A stretch of 64,000 nucleotides of DNA from Octopus sinensis (lineage: Eukaryota), in NCBI RefSeq assembly GCF_006345805.1, contig NC_042999.1, positions 114,452,001-114,516,000 on the forward strand, given 5' to 3'. The position numbers and the translations under genes are program-made. Positions 25,783 through 39,625 of this stretch are shown here, piece after piece (position 1 is the stretch's first letter; each line of letters opens with the position of its first letter). Under the pieces are notes generated by a model, which was not told the DNA's origin, made no database searches, and saw only the letters and a list, made by a program, of their open reading frames with translations.

Positions 25783-26110
25783 CGTGAAGGCGCGTGTCTC
25801 AGTGGTTAGGATATTCGGCTTACGATTGTGAGGTCGTGAGTTCAATTCCCGGCAACGCGTTGTTTCCCTGAGCAAGACACTTTATTTCACGTTGCTTAAG
25901 TTCACTCACCTGGCAAAGATGAGTGGTACCTGTATTTCAAAGGGCCAGCCTTGTCACACTCTGTGTAGCACTGAATCTCCATGTGAACTACGTTTGGAGG
26001 TACACTTGTCTGTGGAGTGCTCTATCATATGCACGTTAATTTCACGAGCAGGCTGTTCCGTTGATCGGATCAACTGGAACTGTCATCGTCGTAAGCGACG
26101 GAGTGCCAGT
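25783..26110 (+). mobile_element. SINE group C subtype 2, full length
   Basis: Head GTGAAGGCGCGTGTCTCAGTGGTTAGG..GAGTTCAATTCCC, CTGAGCAAGACACTTTATTTCACG, tail CGACGGAGTGCCAG. Confidence 0.85.
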
Positions 26111-26149
26111 TACACAATATATCAAAGAAATCTCCATTAATAAATGCCA

Positions 26150-26355
26150 TCTAACCGGTTACCCGACCTGCCCCTGACTAATACAACTCTTTCACGTCAG
26201 ATGTCCCTATCTTCCATAGCAGTCTTCATATCCTCAACTTGATATTTAGTGTCTTCCACAAGTAGATCGATATAAATTTTTCTCGATCTGCCAATACCTG
26301 TTTGTCGATGCTTGGGTTTCCAGAGTAGAAGATCACTGGGTATTTCATTCAGAAA
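26150..26355 (-). mobile_element. RTE-X-like LINE 3' fragment
   Basis: EIPSDLLLWKPKHRQTGIGRSRKIYIDLLVEDTKYQVEDMKTAMEDRDI*RERV matches the LLLW.P.HG...GRP..TYID.L..DT..AM.DR..WR C-terminal pattern. Confidence 0.7.
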
Positions 26356-26405
26356 AAGTGTTTCTAAGAAGAACGTTTGATCCAAGATAGTCATGAATAG
26401 AGTCG

Positions 26406-26450
<45 letters not shown>

Positions 26451-26719
26451 GCTCATAAATGCACATAGCCCAAAACATACACATCCAAACACGCACATGC
26501 AGATATACGAACGCTTACGCGTGCACATACACGAACACATACACACGCGTCACATACATGGACACACACACACACACACACACATGTATAGATAGCTTTT
26601 CATTAGAATGAAACCAGTTCAGCTTCAGGTTCATGTAATTAACCTTGAAAGAAAATCGTAATTGCATGCTAATAATGGCGATGGTAATGATCCTAATGCT
26701 GATGACGACGATGACAACT

Positions 26720-27200
<481 letters not shown>

Positions 27201-27862
27201 AGTTGGGACATACAATTGTTTATAGTATTTCCAGATCATTTTAACATCAGACATATGGTTGATGGAAAACTAGGAACTTAGACACAAAACCTGAATTGAA
27301 TCAGTCACTTTCGCTCTTCTGCGCTCTCATATACGATACCTTATATGCAAAACATACAGAGCAACCAATTATAGAAGAGAAGAATAAGCGTCCGTTAACT
27401 TATTTCTGTGACAGATTACAAATTTTCCAATAAAAAAGTAAAAAGATAAAAGATAAAAAAGTAAAAAGATAAAAGATAAAAAAGATAAAAGATAAAAAAG
27501 CAAAAAACGAAGGAGATGCAAAATCAAAAATATAATAACAAATAGCTAAAACCCCATCTAGTTTTCATCACAGCTTTAATAAAATCAAAATGTGTCAGAA
27601 AGATTTCGTCCCAATAGTTTAAGAATAATATATAAGAAACAAGGATGAGGAGTAATAGTAAGGAGGGCGGGATAAATAGCGGGAAAAGGGGGAGAATAAA
27701 TAAAATAGAATTAAAAAAAAATAAAATAAAAATAAAATAAAACTCTGAACGCAACGGAAGTCAGTCTAATGGGCCATGCTGTAATGAATTTATAATGCAA
27801 TGCATGCCAACGGCGCAATCATCATAACCGTGCTTTTTTGGCTTCCATTCAGAACATTACAA

Positions 27863-27883
27863 CTTTGCGCCATCTGGCGAGAG
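27863..27883 (-). promoter_or_regulatory. CTCF-like binding motif
   Basis: Minus strand CTCGCCAGATGGCGCAAA fits the core CC.C.AG(A/G)(G/T)GGCGC apart from the first base; lies in a unique-sequence island. Confidence 0.4.
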
Positions 27884-28491
27884 AATACGTTAGCAAATAG
27901 TTAATGGCGACCGAAAAATAGGAAAGGCAAACATTTTATGGTGACTGAAAAGAAATAATAAAAAAAATAATAAGTACAAATACAATAACAAAATAGAAAA
28001 GAAAAGAAGAAAATGAAAAGAGTGAAAATAACAAATTGGTTCAACACAAGGTGAAGAATTCTTCATGCTCAATGAGGCGTTTTTACTCCCCCCCCTAACT
28101 TTTATTTTTAAAAAACATGTCCATGAACAATGGCTGTTGTTTTGCCGTGACTGTTTAGCTACTAGCCGCGCATCGATAGGGAGACCCAGGGATCTAAAAC
28201 AGTATGGCTGTTATAAGGAGCAGTTAGGCTAGAGCAGGGAGAAAAATGACAAAATCAATCAACTTGAATGAATTGTTGATAGTTGGAAGACAGTGTTAAC
28301 AAACAGGCTCTGTAACAGTTCCCTGGTAATCAATAACTGTTTGTTTCTTTTTACAACGCGACAATGATGTCTTTCAGATATGCGTATGTATATATACATA
28401 TACATGCAAAAATAGATACATATACACACACACATACATACATACACACATACATACACACATACACAAAGATATCACTTTATCTCTACCC

Positions 28492-28536
<45 letters not shown>

Positions 28537-28638
28537 GTGTGTGTGTGTATGTATATCGTTATATATAAGTACATATATGTATGTATGACTTGATAGGTAT
28601 ACATCAACGTGAAAGAATATACTTTAGGTGTATGTATG

Positions 28639-28719
<81 letters not shown>

Positions 28720-29059
28720 TTATCTATCTACCCAGCCGTCTACCTACGCATGCGCATATGCATTTATATAATAACCGATCTTTAGAGAAAACTATATTTT
28801 GTTTGTATCAAAGGAAATATTAAAATTACCATTCTTTTGGATTGTTTTCATGAATAAGGTACATATTTAAGGAATCAAAGTAGTCACTGTGAAATGCTCT
28901 CAAGTAAGGAGATGTAAGCTGTGGCATTTATACCTTTTACACTGTAGCTGAAGAGAAATTGTTCCCGTCGGAACTGGAACGTTACCCGAGTGAATACGCC
29001 TAACATCGACAGAAATACGCAAATTTGGAAAAATTTGTACGACTGGAGTCGAATTTGAC

Positions 29060-29906
29060 ATGGTTGGTCTTGTTCTGTGTCGCCCTGATACCTAATTGAG
29101 CAGCTACAGATTTAGCAGTGGAATAGATGAGAATATTTAAGGTTGTTAGATCATCCTCTTTATTTCTTAAGACCTGTCTAAGAGCATTATTATATATCAT
29201 GATTATGTTATTTTTTATGTTGTTTGAGAGCTTTTGTAGCGGTTCTCTGTTGATCATGTCAGTAAATTCAGTCTTGCTGAGTTCTCTCATAATATCTTCT
29301 TTTGCTTCTATGATCTCTTTATTATTCACCTCAAATTCTGTGTCATATCTATTCTGGTGTTCTAGAAGTAGGTCTCCTTTCTCCTCTTTTTTTGCATATC
29401 TGTTCTTCGCTGTTCTTTCTTCAGCTTCTTCGTTGGGATGTACTGCTCGTACACTGGGTTCTGTGCATCTGTTACCTATTTCATTTGCATTGTTGCTATT
29501 TTTATTTGGTCTACCATGGAATCGTCAGTTAACCTTTTATTGTTAATGCTGTTTCTACGTACATTACTTAATTTATTTGCGTCTGTATATCTGCGTACTT
29601 CGTTGCCTACTTTCTCCATGAAGTGCATGTTTCTACAATGAGGTTATTGTTTGGGTTTAGTTTGGCTGTATAGAAAGCTTTCAACACATCTTTATAATCT
29701 CCTCTAGTCCATTTTATGCGCTTTGCTTTAGGTGATATTTTTGGTGGTGTCACTACAGGTCTAGGGTTAGGGTTATACTGGTTCTGGTTACCTGGCAGTT
29801 CGTTTTTTTGAGAGTTTGTTCCAGCAGCAGACTTTTGGATTCCAGTCTGGTTCCCCTCTGGGTAACGTGGTCCTTGTCTCAATCGATGACTGATCCGACG
29901 TTTTGG

Positions 29907-29907
<1 letters not shown>
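29060..29907 (-). mobile_element. R4/Dong-clade retrotransposon, N-terminal ORF region (frameshifted, 3'-truncated)
   Basis: KRIKWTRGDYKDVLKAFYTA (Myb-like RxKWT motif) and REPLQKL..NNALRQV..DDLTTLNILIYSTAKSVAAQLG; starts directly after (TAA)n. Confidence 0.7.
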
Positions 29908-29951
<44 letters not shown>

Positions 29952-30137
29952 GGCTCAGGTTTGGTCTTACTTATAGTAGGAATCATGTGTGTAGGTATCC
30001 ACAAGTTTTCAGCAATATTTCAAGTACTTAGAACATTCCTGATAATTCTTGCTGTCTTTAAGAGACAAACATTCCGGAGGAGCTCCACCGGGCATTCTAT
30101 TTCAATTCTCTTCAATCATTTGTCTATCTCTTTGCTA
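29952..30137 (-). mobile_element. R4/Dong-clade 3' fragment, relative of 18700-18960
   Basis: Minus strand SKEIDK*LKRIEIECPVELLRNVCLLKTARIIRNVLST* plus UTR (CTTGTGGATACC shared with about 18868); (TAA)n on both sides. Confidence 0.8.
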
Positions 30138-30262
<125 letters not shown>

Positions 30263-30361
30263 TTATTATTATTATTATTGTTGTTGTTGTTGTTGTTGTT
30301 GTTGTCGTCGTCATCGTCATCATCATCATCATCATCATCATCGTCATCATCATCATCATCA

Positions 30362-30418
<57 letters not shown>

Positions 30419-30825
30419 GCAGTTTAACCAGACGTCCTCTTTTCATAACTATACTTTCATTGGCAGATTTTCTTTCACTCCCAGCATACACCAGTAAAGT
30501 AATTTCCATATATTAACCTGTAATCGTTAAAATTCAATAATCAATTTTTAACATTGAAATATAAAACCATACACCATCAATATGCTAACAAATTTAAGAA
30601 TTGCCATGCCGTTGGGTGTATTCACTATGTATACATTATTTGATAGCTAGAGGCAATTAAATTAGATATCTTGGAGCTATTGGCTTCCGTAATTATAGTT
30701 TTCTCTTTTACACACAAGAATAATGCTGCCACAATTTTGACGCTCATTGTTTTAATATTAAATTTCTCGTATTATGTAAGTACCGTGCATTTGCATTATA
30801 TACATTTCATCGTTTTTGCCAAAAG

Positions 30826-30891
<66 letters not shown>

Positions 30892-31069
30892 GTATATGTA
30901 TATTTATACACATGCACACACACATACATACACTATAGTTATATATAAACACATACATATACACTTATGAATTATATATATATATACACACACACACACA
31001 CGCACACACATAAACACGAACACACACACACACACACACACACGCACAGAGTAAGAATAATAAGAAGCA

Positions 31070-31260
31070 TGACATTGCAATCTGTTTAGTTCGTATCAGT
31101 TACGATCGCTTCAGCGATCGATAATCAAGTTCGATGAATAATTAATCACATATTATAAATTACAACTTATAAAATATGTAATAAGTTGTAAATTATGGTT
31201 TGTGATTATTCATCGATCTTAATTAACGATCGTAACGGATGTGAAATAAAGGAAATGTCA
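31070..31260. repeat. Imperfect long inverted repeat (arms about 80-100 bp, 10-nt loop)
   Basis: GTTACGATCG..TCGATGAATAA..TCACA..TTACAACTTAT is mirrored by ATAAGTTGTAA..TGTGATTATTCATCGA..CGATCGTAAC. Confidence 0.85.
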
Positions 31261-31879
31261 ACTTCCTACTTCCTGTTATTGCCTCATACTATATCTGTTC
31301 TTCTAATAGCCTTGTAGTGTTTGCATGTTCCTTTACCAGATCATGTGACAGAGGAAGTTTAACAGCCGGAAGCAGTTCGGTAATTTGTCGCGCATCTAGC
31401 GCAAGCATTTACTCTTTATATGTATACACAACGCACGCGTGCACATACAGACACAGACACAGACAGACACACACACACACACAACACACACACACACACA
31501 CACACACCCCGGATATAATCTCTTGTAGGCAAGAAATGTAAAATAAAGTTTATTATAAACAACACAAACACTTTGTAATTTAATAGCTTTCAATGTGATA
31601 CCTGTTAAACAGAAGTTATTTTTATTTATTGAAAATTTAATAAAATCTAATTATAAGTAAGTGAAATTATGCCAAATACAGCAAAATTGAAAACCTTCGC
31701 CGTATCGGTAATTCTGAAAACTTTTGGTTGCGAAATTGACATAAAAAGCTTTTTAAACAAATTTTATCCGGAAAATCACCGGCGTAAATTACATGGGTTT
31801 TTACGGCATTTGAACTGTTAAGGTTATTTTCGCACTTTACCCAGTAAATAGTAAATAGTAATTTCCTTAACAATAGATC

Positions 31880-31922
<43 letters not shown>

Positions 31923-31957
31923 CATGTGTATATATGTATGTACGTATGTATGCATAT

Positions 31958-32006
<49 letters not shown>

Positions 32007-33720
32007 TATATATTATATATATATATACATACATGTGTATATATGTATGTACGTATGTATGTATATATAATATATATATACACACACAAATAGATATATA
32101 GCTTGATATATATATAGAGAGAGAGAGGGGGAAGAAAGAAAGAGAAAGAGAAAGAGAGGGAGGAAGAGGGATATGCGTATTTACATGCATATATTTTGGC
32201 GCAAATATCCACATTTCCCAGCGAACGTACATGCACACATGTACACATCCTATATAAAAATAAATGATACTCTCTCATTGTCAGGAATTATATGGCAATC
32301 AAAAAGCTTATTGATGTTGTTGGCATCAATAGTCGGGATCTATAAAGCAATAAGACGCAACGAATATTTACCCCCATCTGGACACACGTATAAGCACATC
32401 CTGACAAGCAACTCTAGCGCATCCTTCCCTCTCCCGCCTACTCGTCTTCTCGCCTTTTCGCCTTCTCGCTTTCTCGCCTTTTCTAGCGGAGTTTTTACTA
32501 CGTGCAACGTCATCAGGCAAGATTGAAACGCACTCGGCTGTGTCATCACCAATCCGAGTCAACTGACCTGAAAAAGGTGGCGCTCTTGTCACCAGTGAAA
32601 AACAAAATTATAAACCGGAAAGTGGGATAAAAATAACATCCCTTTTCCTCTTCGTCTCAAGTAACAAAACAAAAAGAGATCCATAAAAAGTGTGGGGGGA
32701 GGGGATGACAAAGAAACAAAAGAAAAACATATAAAGAACAATAAATAAACAAAAATATATAAACAAGTGTTATAATAACCATGATAGACTGCCGATCTTC
32801 AACTGCACATACATGTATACATACACACACACACACATATATTCAGGCATACATGCATACATACAAACATACGTACATATGTACATATGTATTCATACGC
32901 ATACATAGACATGCATACATACGTAATGCATTACGTCAATTACATAAATACACAGCTAAAATATGTGCGCATATATATCTATATATGTATATGTGTATGC
33001 ACACACGCATACATACACACGCACACACGCACATATATATATATATATACACATACACATATACACATACTCACATATATATACATATACATGTGTGTGT
33101 GTGAATATATACATATATACATTCTATATATATATCATATATATATATATATACATATATATACATGAATTACATAAATATATACATACACACACACATA
33201 TATATATTTTCAGTATATGTGTATGTGTATCACATATTATATATGTATGTATGTGTTTGTGCATGTTTAAATGTTTGCGTGTGCAAGTGTACCTGCTTGT
33301 GTGTGTATGTGTGTTTGTGTGTGTTGTTAGTTTGTTTTGTATTCATCCCGACCCGACAGATGTCATTACAATATATCAATGTACATTTGTTACGACTATG
33401 TTCCGTTGATCTTCAGGAAACTAGTTAAACTAATGGAGTGTGCTACGGGAAATGACCTTCGTAAGAGTACACACATGCAGATACTATACTTACATACATA
33501 TGTACATACATATATACACACGCACACGAACGCAGACGCACAAGCTCATGCACATACATACACACACACACACACATCTCTCTTCTGCCTGTCATTATAT
33601 ACGTGTATGCTCCTGTGCATGCGTATGTATGTAAATGTGTGTGTGAGTGTGTGCGTGTGTGTGTGTGTACGCACATAGACATACACATGCACGTAGGTGA
33701 TTGCGTGTTTATAATATGTA

Positions 33721-33778
<58 letters not shown>

Positions 33779-35068
33779 CGCCATCCACTAAGCTGAAAAT
33801 ATGCACACCTATGTTAAAAGTGCTAGCGAGTTTGCATGGCAACTTTGAGTTTGCTCAATTGAAAGACATGGCCTCTAGGACAAAATTCCTCATCTTTTAA
33901 AATGTGGCCCGCGTAGACCCGAATGAAATTGGGTTGTATTACCGAAACAAGTAAAACAATAATAAACTATTTTAATCCCGAGCAAGGCTGGGTATATCTG
34001 TCTAATCTATAAAATGAAGAAGGCGAACGTTGATACAAATTGGATTTTTATGCGATTAAAATTTACAGGAGGGGGTAACTTGAGGCGAGAAATTGATTGG
34101 GAGACGTTTGGGGGCGCTACAGTGGTTGCTTTGGTGTGAAAACGGGGATTTTGTTGCTTTTAATGGACACTTGTGGGTGTAGATTGGACACGTTTTGCCC
34201 GATTTCAATCTAATTTTCAACATTGTAAAGTGGAAGCGGATTTGTAATAGAAGCGCGGAAATCTAATTTTTTATGAATGGGAGAGAGATAGATAGAGAAA
34301 GAAAGCGAGGGAAAGTCCGAGAGAAGTGCTGAGTTATTTTATGGAACTCTTTGATGAACCGCTAAGTTATTTTATCAATCGCCTCTGGCCAAACGCTAAG
34401 TTATTTTATCGATCACGTTGATCAATTGAAAGGCATCGCCTCGAGGGTAAAATTCCTCATCTTTTAAAATGTGGCCCGCATAGGTCCGAATGAAATCGGG
34501 TTATAATACCGAAACAAGTAAAACAATAATAAACTATTTTAATCCCGAGCAAGGTCCGGTATATCTGTCTAATCTATAAAATGAAGAAGGCAAACATTGA
34601 TACAAATTGGATTTTTATGTAAGAAGGGGTCTAAATGGGGCTGGAAGGGGATTAAAATTTATAGGAGGGGGTAACTTGAGGTGGGAAATTGATTGGGAGA
34701 CGTTTTGCGGCGCTACGGTGCTTGTTTTGGTGTGAAAACTGGGATTTTATTGATTTTGGGGGATACTTGGGGTTCTAGATCGGACACCTTTTGCCCGATT
34801 TCAACCAAATTTTCAACATGGTAAAGTGGAAGCGGATTTGCAATTTAAACGCGGAAATCGAATTTTTTATAAATGGCAGGATGATAGATAAAGATAAAGA
34901 GTAAGAGAAAGTGAGGGAGAGTCCGAGAGGAAGGAAGAGTAAGAGAGTGGGAAAGTGAGAAAGGAGAGAGAAACAAAGAGAGAGAATGTGGTGATAAGAA
35001 ACAGAAAGGAAGCAACAGAAAGTAACAACCACACTCACCCGCACGTAGAGCGGGTCACCTTAAGCTAG

Positions 35069-36311
35069 TCTCTATATTATAATTCTGAAATGCAAAAAGT
35101 TTGTTTGTCTGGTTTTGACATTGAGAACGGGTTAAAGGCCACTAGATCCCGTCGAATTGACTCCAAAATTTACAGGGACATGTAAAATGAGATGAGGATG
35201 TGAGTGGGCTAGGTTAGAAACCCCCATCTTAAAAGGTGTCGTTGCTAGGACCAAAAACGCACACTTTGACAAGTCTACTCTCATTCTTTTATGTGCCTGT
35301 CTTCCTCCATCTCTCACTCTCTTTCCTCTCTTCCTTTCACTTTTCTCTATAACGTCGTTTCACATCGTCTATTATCTTTCCCCCGCCACCATCGCATCTA
35401 TTATCTGCCTTCTTCCCCCATCTCTCTCTCACTCTCTCTCTCTTTCATCCCTTCCTTTCACTTTCTCTCTATAACGTCGTTTGATAGCGTCTACTATCTT
35501 TTCTCCGCCCCTTCGCCAGCGCAGTCACTCTCTCTCTCTCTCTCTCTTTCTCTACGTCTGTCTGCATTCATAGAGAGTTTTATTATCGCCACCACCACCA
35601 CCACACAATCATGAGAACAAATATTATGAATCAGATATTTATTGGGTTAATTTATATGTGTGTGTGTGTGTGTGTGTGTGTTCTATATATAAATATGTAT
35701 ATATAATGTATATATACAAAGTGTATATAGCTGTATTTTTAAAGAATTAAACGCATTGCCTCTTTCGATTTAAACCAATAAAACAATGCTACATTAATAC
35801 ATTGGTCCAACAATACAACATCACCAGCGCGTAGAGCGGGTCACCTTAAGCTAGTCTCTATTTATAAAGCTGAAATGCGAAGAAGTTTGTTTGTCTGGTT
35901 TTGGCATTGTAACGGGTTAAAGGGCACTAGATCGGGTCGGATTGGCTCCAAAATTTACAGGACATGTAAAATGAGATGAGGATGTGAGTGGGCTAGGTTA
36001 GAAACCCCCATCTTAAAAGGTGTCGTTGCTAGGACCAAAAACGCACACTTTGACAAGTCTACTCTCATTCTTTTATGTGCCTGTCTTCCTCCATCTCTCA
36101 CTCTCTTTCCTCTCTTCCTTTCACTTTTCTCTATAACGTCGTTTCACATCGTCTATTATCTTTCCCCCGCCACCATCGCATCTATTATCTGCCTTCTTCC
36201 CCCATCTCTCTCTCACTCTCTCTCTCTTTCATCCCTTCCTTTCACTTTCTCTCTATAACGTCGTTTGATAGCGTCTACTATCTTTTCTCCGCCCCTTCGC
36301 CAGCGCAGTCA

Positions 36312-36343
<32 letters not shown>

Positions 36344-36648
36344 ACGTCTGTCTGCATTCATAGAGAGTTTTATTATCGCCACCACCACCACCACCACACA
36401 ATCATGAGAACAAATATTATGAATCAGATATTTATTGGGTTAATTTATATATGTGTGTGTGTGTGTGTGTGTGTTCTATATATAAATATGTATATATAAT
36501 GTATATATACAAAGTGTATATAGCTGTATTTTTTAAAGAATTAAACGCATTGCCTCTTTCGATTTAAACCAATAAAACAATGCTACATTAATACATTGGT
36601 CCAACAATACAACATCACCAGCGCGTAGAGCGGGTCACCTTAAGCTAG
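35069..36648 (+). repeat. Near-identical tandem duplication (786 bp plus 794 bp)
   Basis: 35069-35854 versus 35855-36648 differ mainly in microsatellite lengths and in the first ~110 bp. Confidence 0.95.
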
Positions 36649-36840
36649 TCTCTATTTATAAAGCTGAAATGCGAAGAAGTTTGTTTGTCTGGTTTTGGCA
36701 TTGTAACGGGTTAAAGGGCACTAGATCGGGTCGGATTGGCTCCAAAATTTACAGGGACATGTAAAAAGAGGCGAGGAAATGAGTGGAGTAGGCTAGAAAT
36801 CTTTATCTCAAAAGCTGTGGTTACTTGGGCCACAAAACCC

Positions 36841-37375
36841 ACACTTTGACAAGTGTTTGTCGCTTCTCTCTTTCGTATATGACCTTCTCTTCCTCGATCT
36901 CTCTCTTTCCCCCTTCCCTTCAATTTCTCTCTATAACGACGTTTGACAGCTTCGCCGTCTCTCTGTCACTCTTTCTCCCACCAACTCTCTCACTGCACAT
37001 CTGTCTGTATCTATAGAGAGACACTTTGACAAGTGTTTGTCGTTTCTCTCTTTCACATGTCACCCTGTCTTCCTCCATCTCTCTTTCCTTCCTTCCCTCC
37101 AATTTCTCTCTATAACGACATTTGACAGCTTCGCCGTCTCTCTGTCACTCTTTCTCCCACCAACTCTCTCACTGCACATCTGTCTGTATCTATAGAGAGA
37201 CACTTCGACAAGTGTTTGTCGTTTCTCTTTTTCGCATATCTCCCTGTCTTTCTCCATCTCTCTCTTTCCTCAATTCCCTCCAATTTCTCTCTATAACGAC
37301 GTTTGACAGCTTCGCCGTCTCTCTGTTACTTTTTCTTCCACCACCTCTCTCACTGTACGCCTGTCTGTATCTATG
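36841..37375 (+). repeat. About 180-bp internal tandem repeat, three copies
   Basis: ACACTT(T/C)GACAAGTGTTTGTCG recurs at 36841, 37021 and 37200. Confidence 0.9.
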
Positions 37376-38202
37376 TTTAAATATTCCCGTCACAGGTCTT
37401 TTAGAACTGTGAATTATTACGTTGATACAAATTGGGTTTTTATGTGAAAAGGGGTCTAAATGGGGCTGGAAGGGGATTAAAATTTACAGGAGGGAGTGTT
37501 TAGGAATTCTCAGTTACATCAAGCTAAAAACTTTGCGCCAGCCTTTAAATCGTCATGAAGAAGTTTTGAATGCCTACCGTGGTGAGTCTACTGTCGTGAG
37601 AAAGAATCACTTTAAAACTTGGTGTTTAGGAAATTTCTTTCACATCAAGTTCAAAATTTTGTGCCAATCGTTAAACTGCCAGTACGTTGTTAAGAAGTTT
37701 TGAATGCCAGCCATGGTGAGTCTACTATCCTCAAATTCTATCCCTTCAAACTTTGGTTTCTAATATTTTTTAATTTTTATTCTGCTCGCAAGTTCGTCTG
37801 TCCCTTTTAAATGTTAGGGTTTTGCTGTTCGCCTTGAAGCAGACCTTACCGTTGTCACTGCCTGATATTTATGATTGATCTTTCAAAATATTTTCTTTCT
37901 CAAGTTACTCAAGATCTTTTGCTCTTTATAAATGGGAGAGAGATAGATAGAGAAAGATAGAGAGTAAGAGAAAGCGAGGGAGAGTCCGAGAGAAAGGAAG
38001 AGTAAGAGAGTGGGGAAAGTGAGAGAGAAAGGAGAGAGAAACAAAGAGGGAGAATGTGGCGATAAGAAACAGAAAGGAAGCAACAGAAAGTAACAACCAC
38101 ACCCTCACCCGCGCGTAAAGCGGGTCACTTTAAGCTAGTATATATATATATAAAGCACGATTTATTCGCGATCAGAGTTGTTAGAAAACAGAGGTACTAT
38201 TG

Positions 38203-38230
<28 letters not shown>

Positions 38231-38241
<11 letters not shown>

Positions 38242-38578
38242 GGTGGTGGTGACCCCCTTCGGTCAGACACTGACCATGGGTTTGCACCTAGAGAGTTACC
38301 TTCTGGGCAAGGTTGTTTTTTTTTATGGAAGACCAGCAGTCACCCATGCATACCGGCCTCCTCTCTCCACGTCACCGATGTTGTCCAAGGGAAAGGCAAG
38401 GGCCGATACAGCTTGGCACCTGTGACGTCGCAATTAATTTCTACAGCTGAGTGAACTGGAGCAACGTGAAATAAAGTGTCTTGCTCAAGAACACAACACG
38501 CAGCCCGGTCCGGGATTCGAGCTCACAACCTCACGATCGTAAGTTTTACGCTCTAACCACTGAGCCACGCGCCTTCAC
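38231..38578 (-). mobile_element. SINE group C subtype 3, full length
   Basis: Reverse complement of 56650-56945 and 63843-64000; intact A/B boxes. Confidence 0.85.
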
Positions 38579-38599
38579 AACACACACACACACACACAC

Positions 38600-38632
<33 letters not shown>

Positions 38633-39407
38633 GAGAAGTTGATTTTAGATGCTCAATGTTTTACGAAATAATAACTATAAATTTCTAATACTGGTACAAG
38701 GGAGGCGACATATTTTTGAGCATGGTACTATAATCTAAATCTCCTCTGAATCCTTAACTGTTACACATGATATCGTCCCCAGAATAATGAAATCATAAAA
38801 GGCCATAACGAAATAACTCTAGGCCTGTTTTCTTTTCTGTTGTTGTTTTTCTTCTTTTTACTTTATTTGTTAGAAACAGCAACCAAATCTCTAATATACC
38901 ACATTCCATGATCGGAGAAATGAAGGATACGTTGGTTAATATTATCTTAGAGGTACTTGAAATTATTCATGAAGCACCTTTGATCATAGTCTCTCGGGGC
39001 AAATTTTGTCCTGAACTAAATTAGGTTAATTATAAATTATTTATGAATGAAATATATTTGATCATATGTCTGCAGGGTAAGCTTTTACAAGGAACGTTTT
39101 GGACCATAGGTTTCCTGGAGTTGATTTTTACATGTGACTGAATCAGGGCCTATGAAACGAGATACAGGGGTACATCATATACGGGTCAGGATATTTTTTA
39201 AAATCTCAGAAATTATTTGCAGATGTTGACGTTTAACGTTCACAGAGGGGAAGATGAGGTTGCAAAAAAATCTTTGTACTCCGTTAAAAAATGCCTTTCA
39301 GATTTATCGGGTTAAAACAACAACAATGACAATGAGAATAATAGCAGTAACAATAACAAAAGAGAAATGTTGTCCCTCGTTCTATCAGCCTCAGTCGTCA
39401 AATGACC

Positions 39408-39625
39408 TTAAATTTTTAGCATTTAATCCGGTTATATCCGGCCAAAGTTTTCTACCTGTTTTATCTTCAAATCAGCCAGATCTTACCTCTTACACCTATC
39501 CTACAATGTCATTTTAAATATAAACAATCACATCATTGAAGCTACAAGATAATGCTTGATTAATTCAAAATAATGCGAATAAAGAAGCATTATTTGACAT
39601 AATAATCTGAATGCTAAACGTTTAA
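39408..39625. mobile_element. piggyBac-like MITE
   Basis: TTAA at both ends; inverted termini TTTAGCATT / AATGCTAAA. Confidence 0.5.

Larger units (their letters stand above)
33790..38138 (+). mobile_element. Head-to-tail array of non-autonomous Helitrons (about six units)
   Basis: Subterminal hairpin ACC(C/A)GC.CGTA.AGCGGGT followed by CTAG at 35065, 35851, 36645 and 38135; the first three are followed by a TC start of the next unit; a second end type CCCGAGCAAGG..GGTATATCTG at 33977 and 34544. Confidence 0.8.

Noticed and set aside
29761-29775. TTAGGG-like telomeric units
   Set aside because: Only about two units, and they are Asn-Pro codons inside the Dong ORF
32515-32535. AGGCAAGAT, the miR-31 5' end
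   Set aside because: Match ends after 9 nt; no precursor hairpin
33860-33880. TGAAAGACATGG, the miR-71 5' end
   Set aside because: 3' half does not match, and the segment is part of a Helitron unit with a diverged copy near 34427
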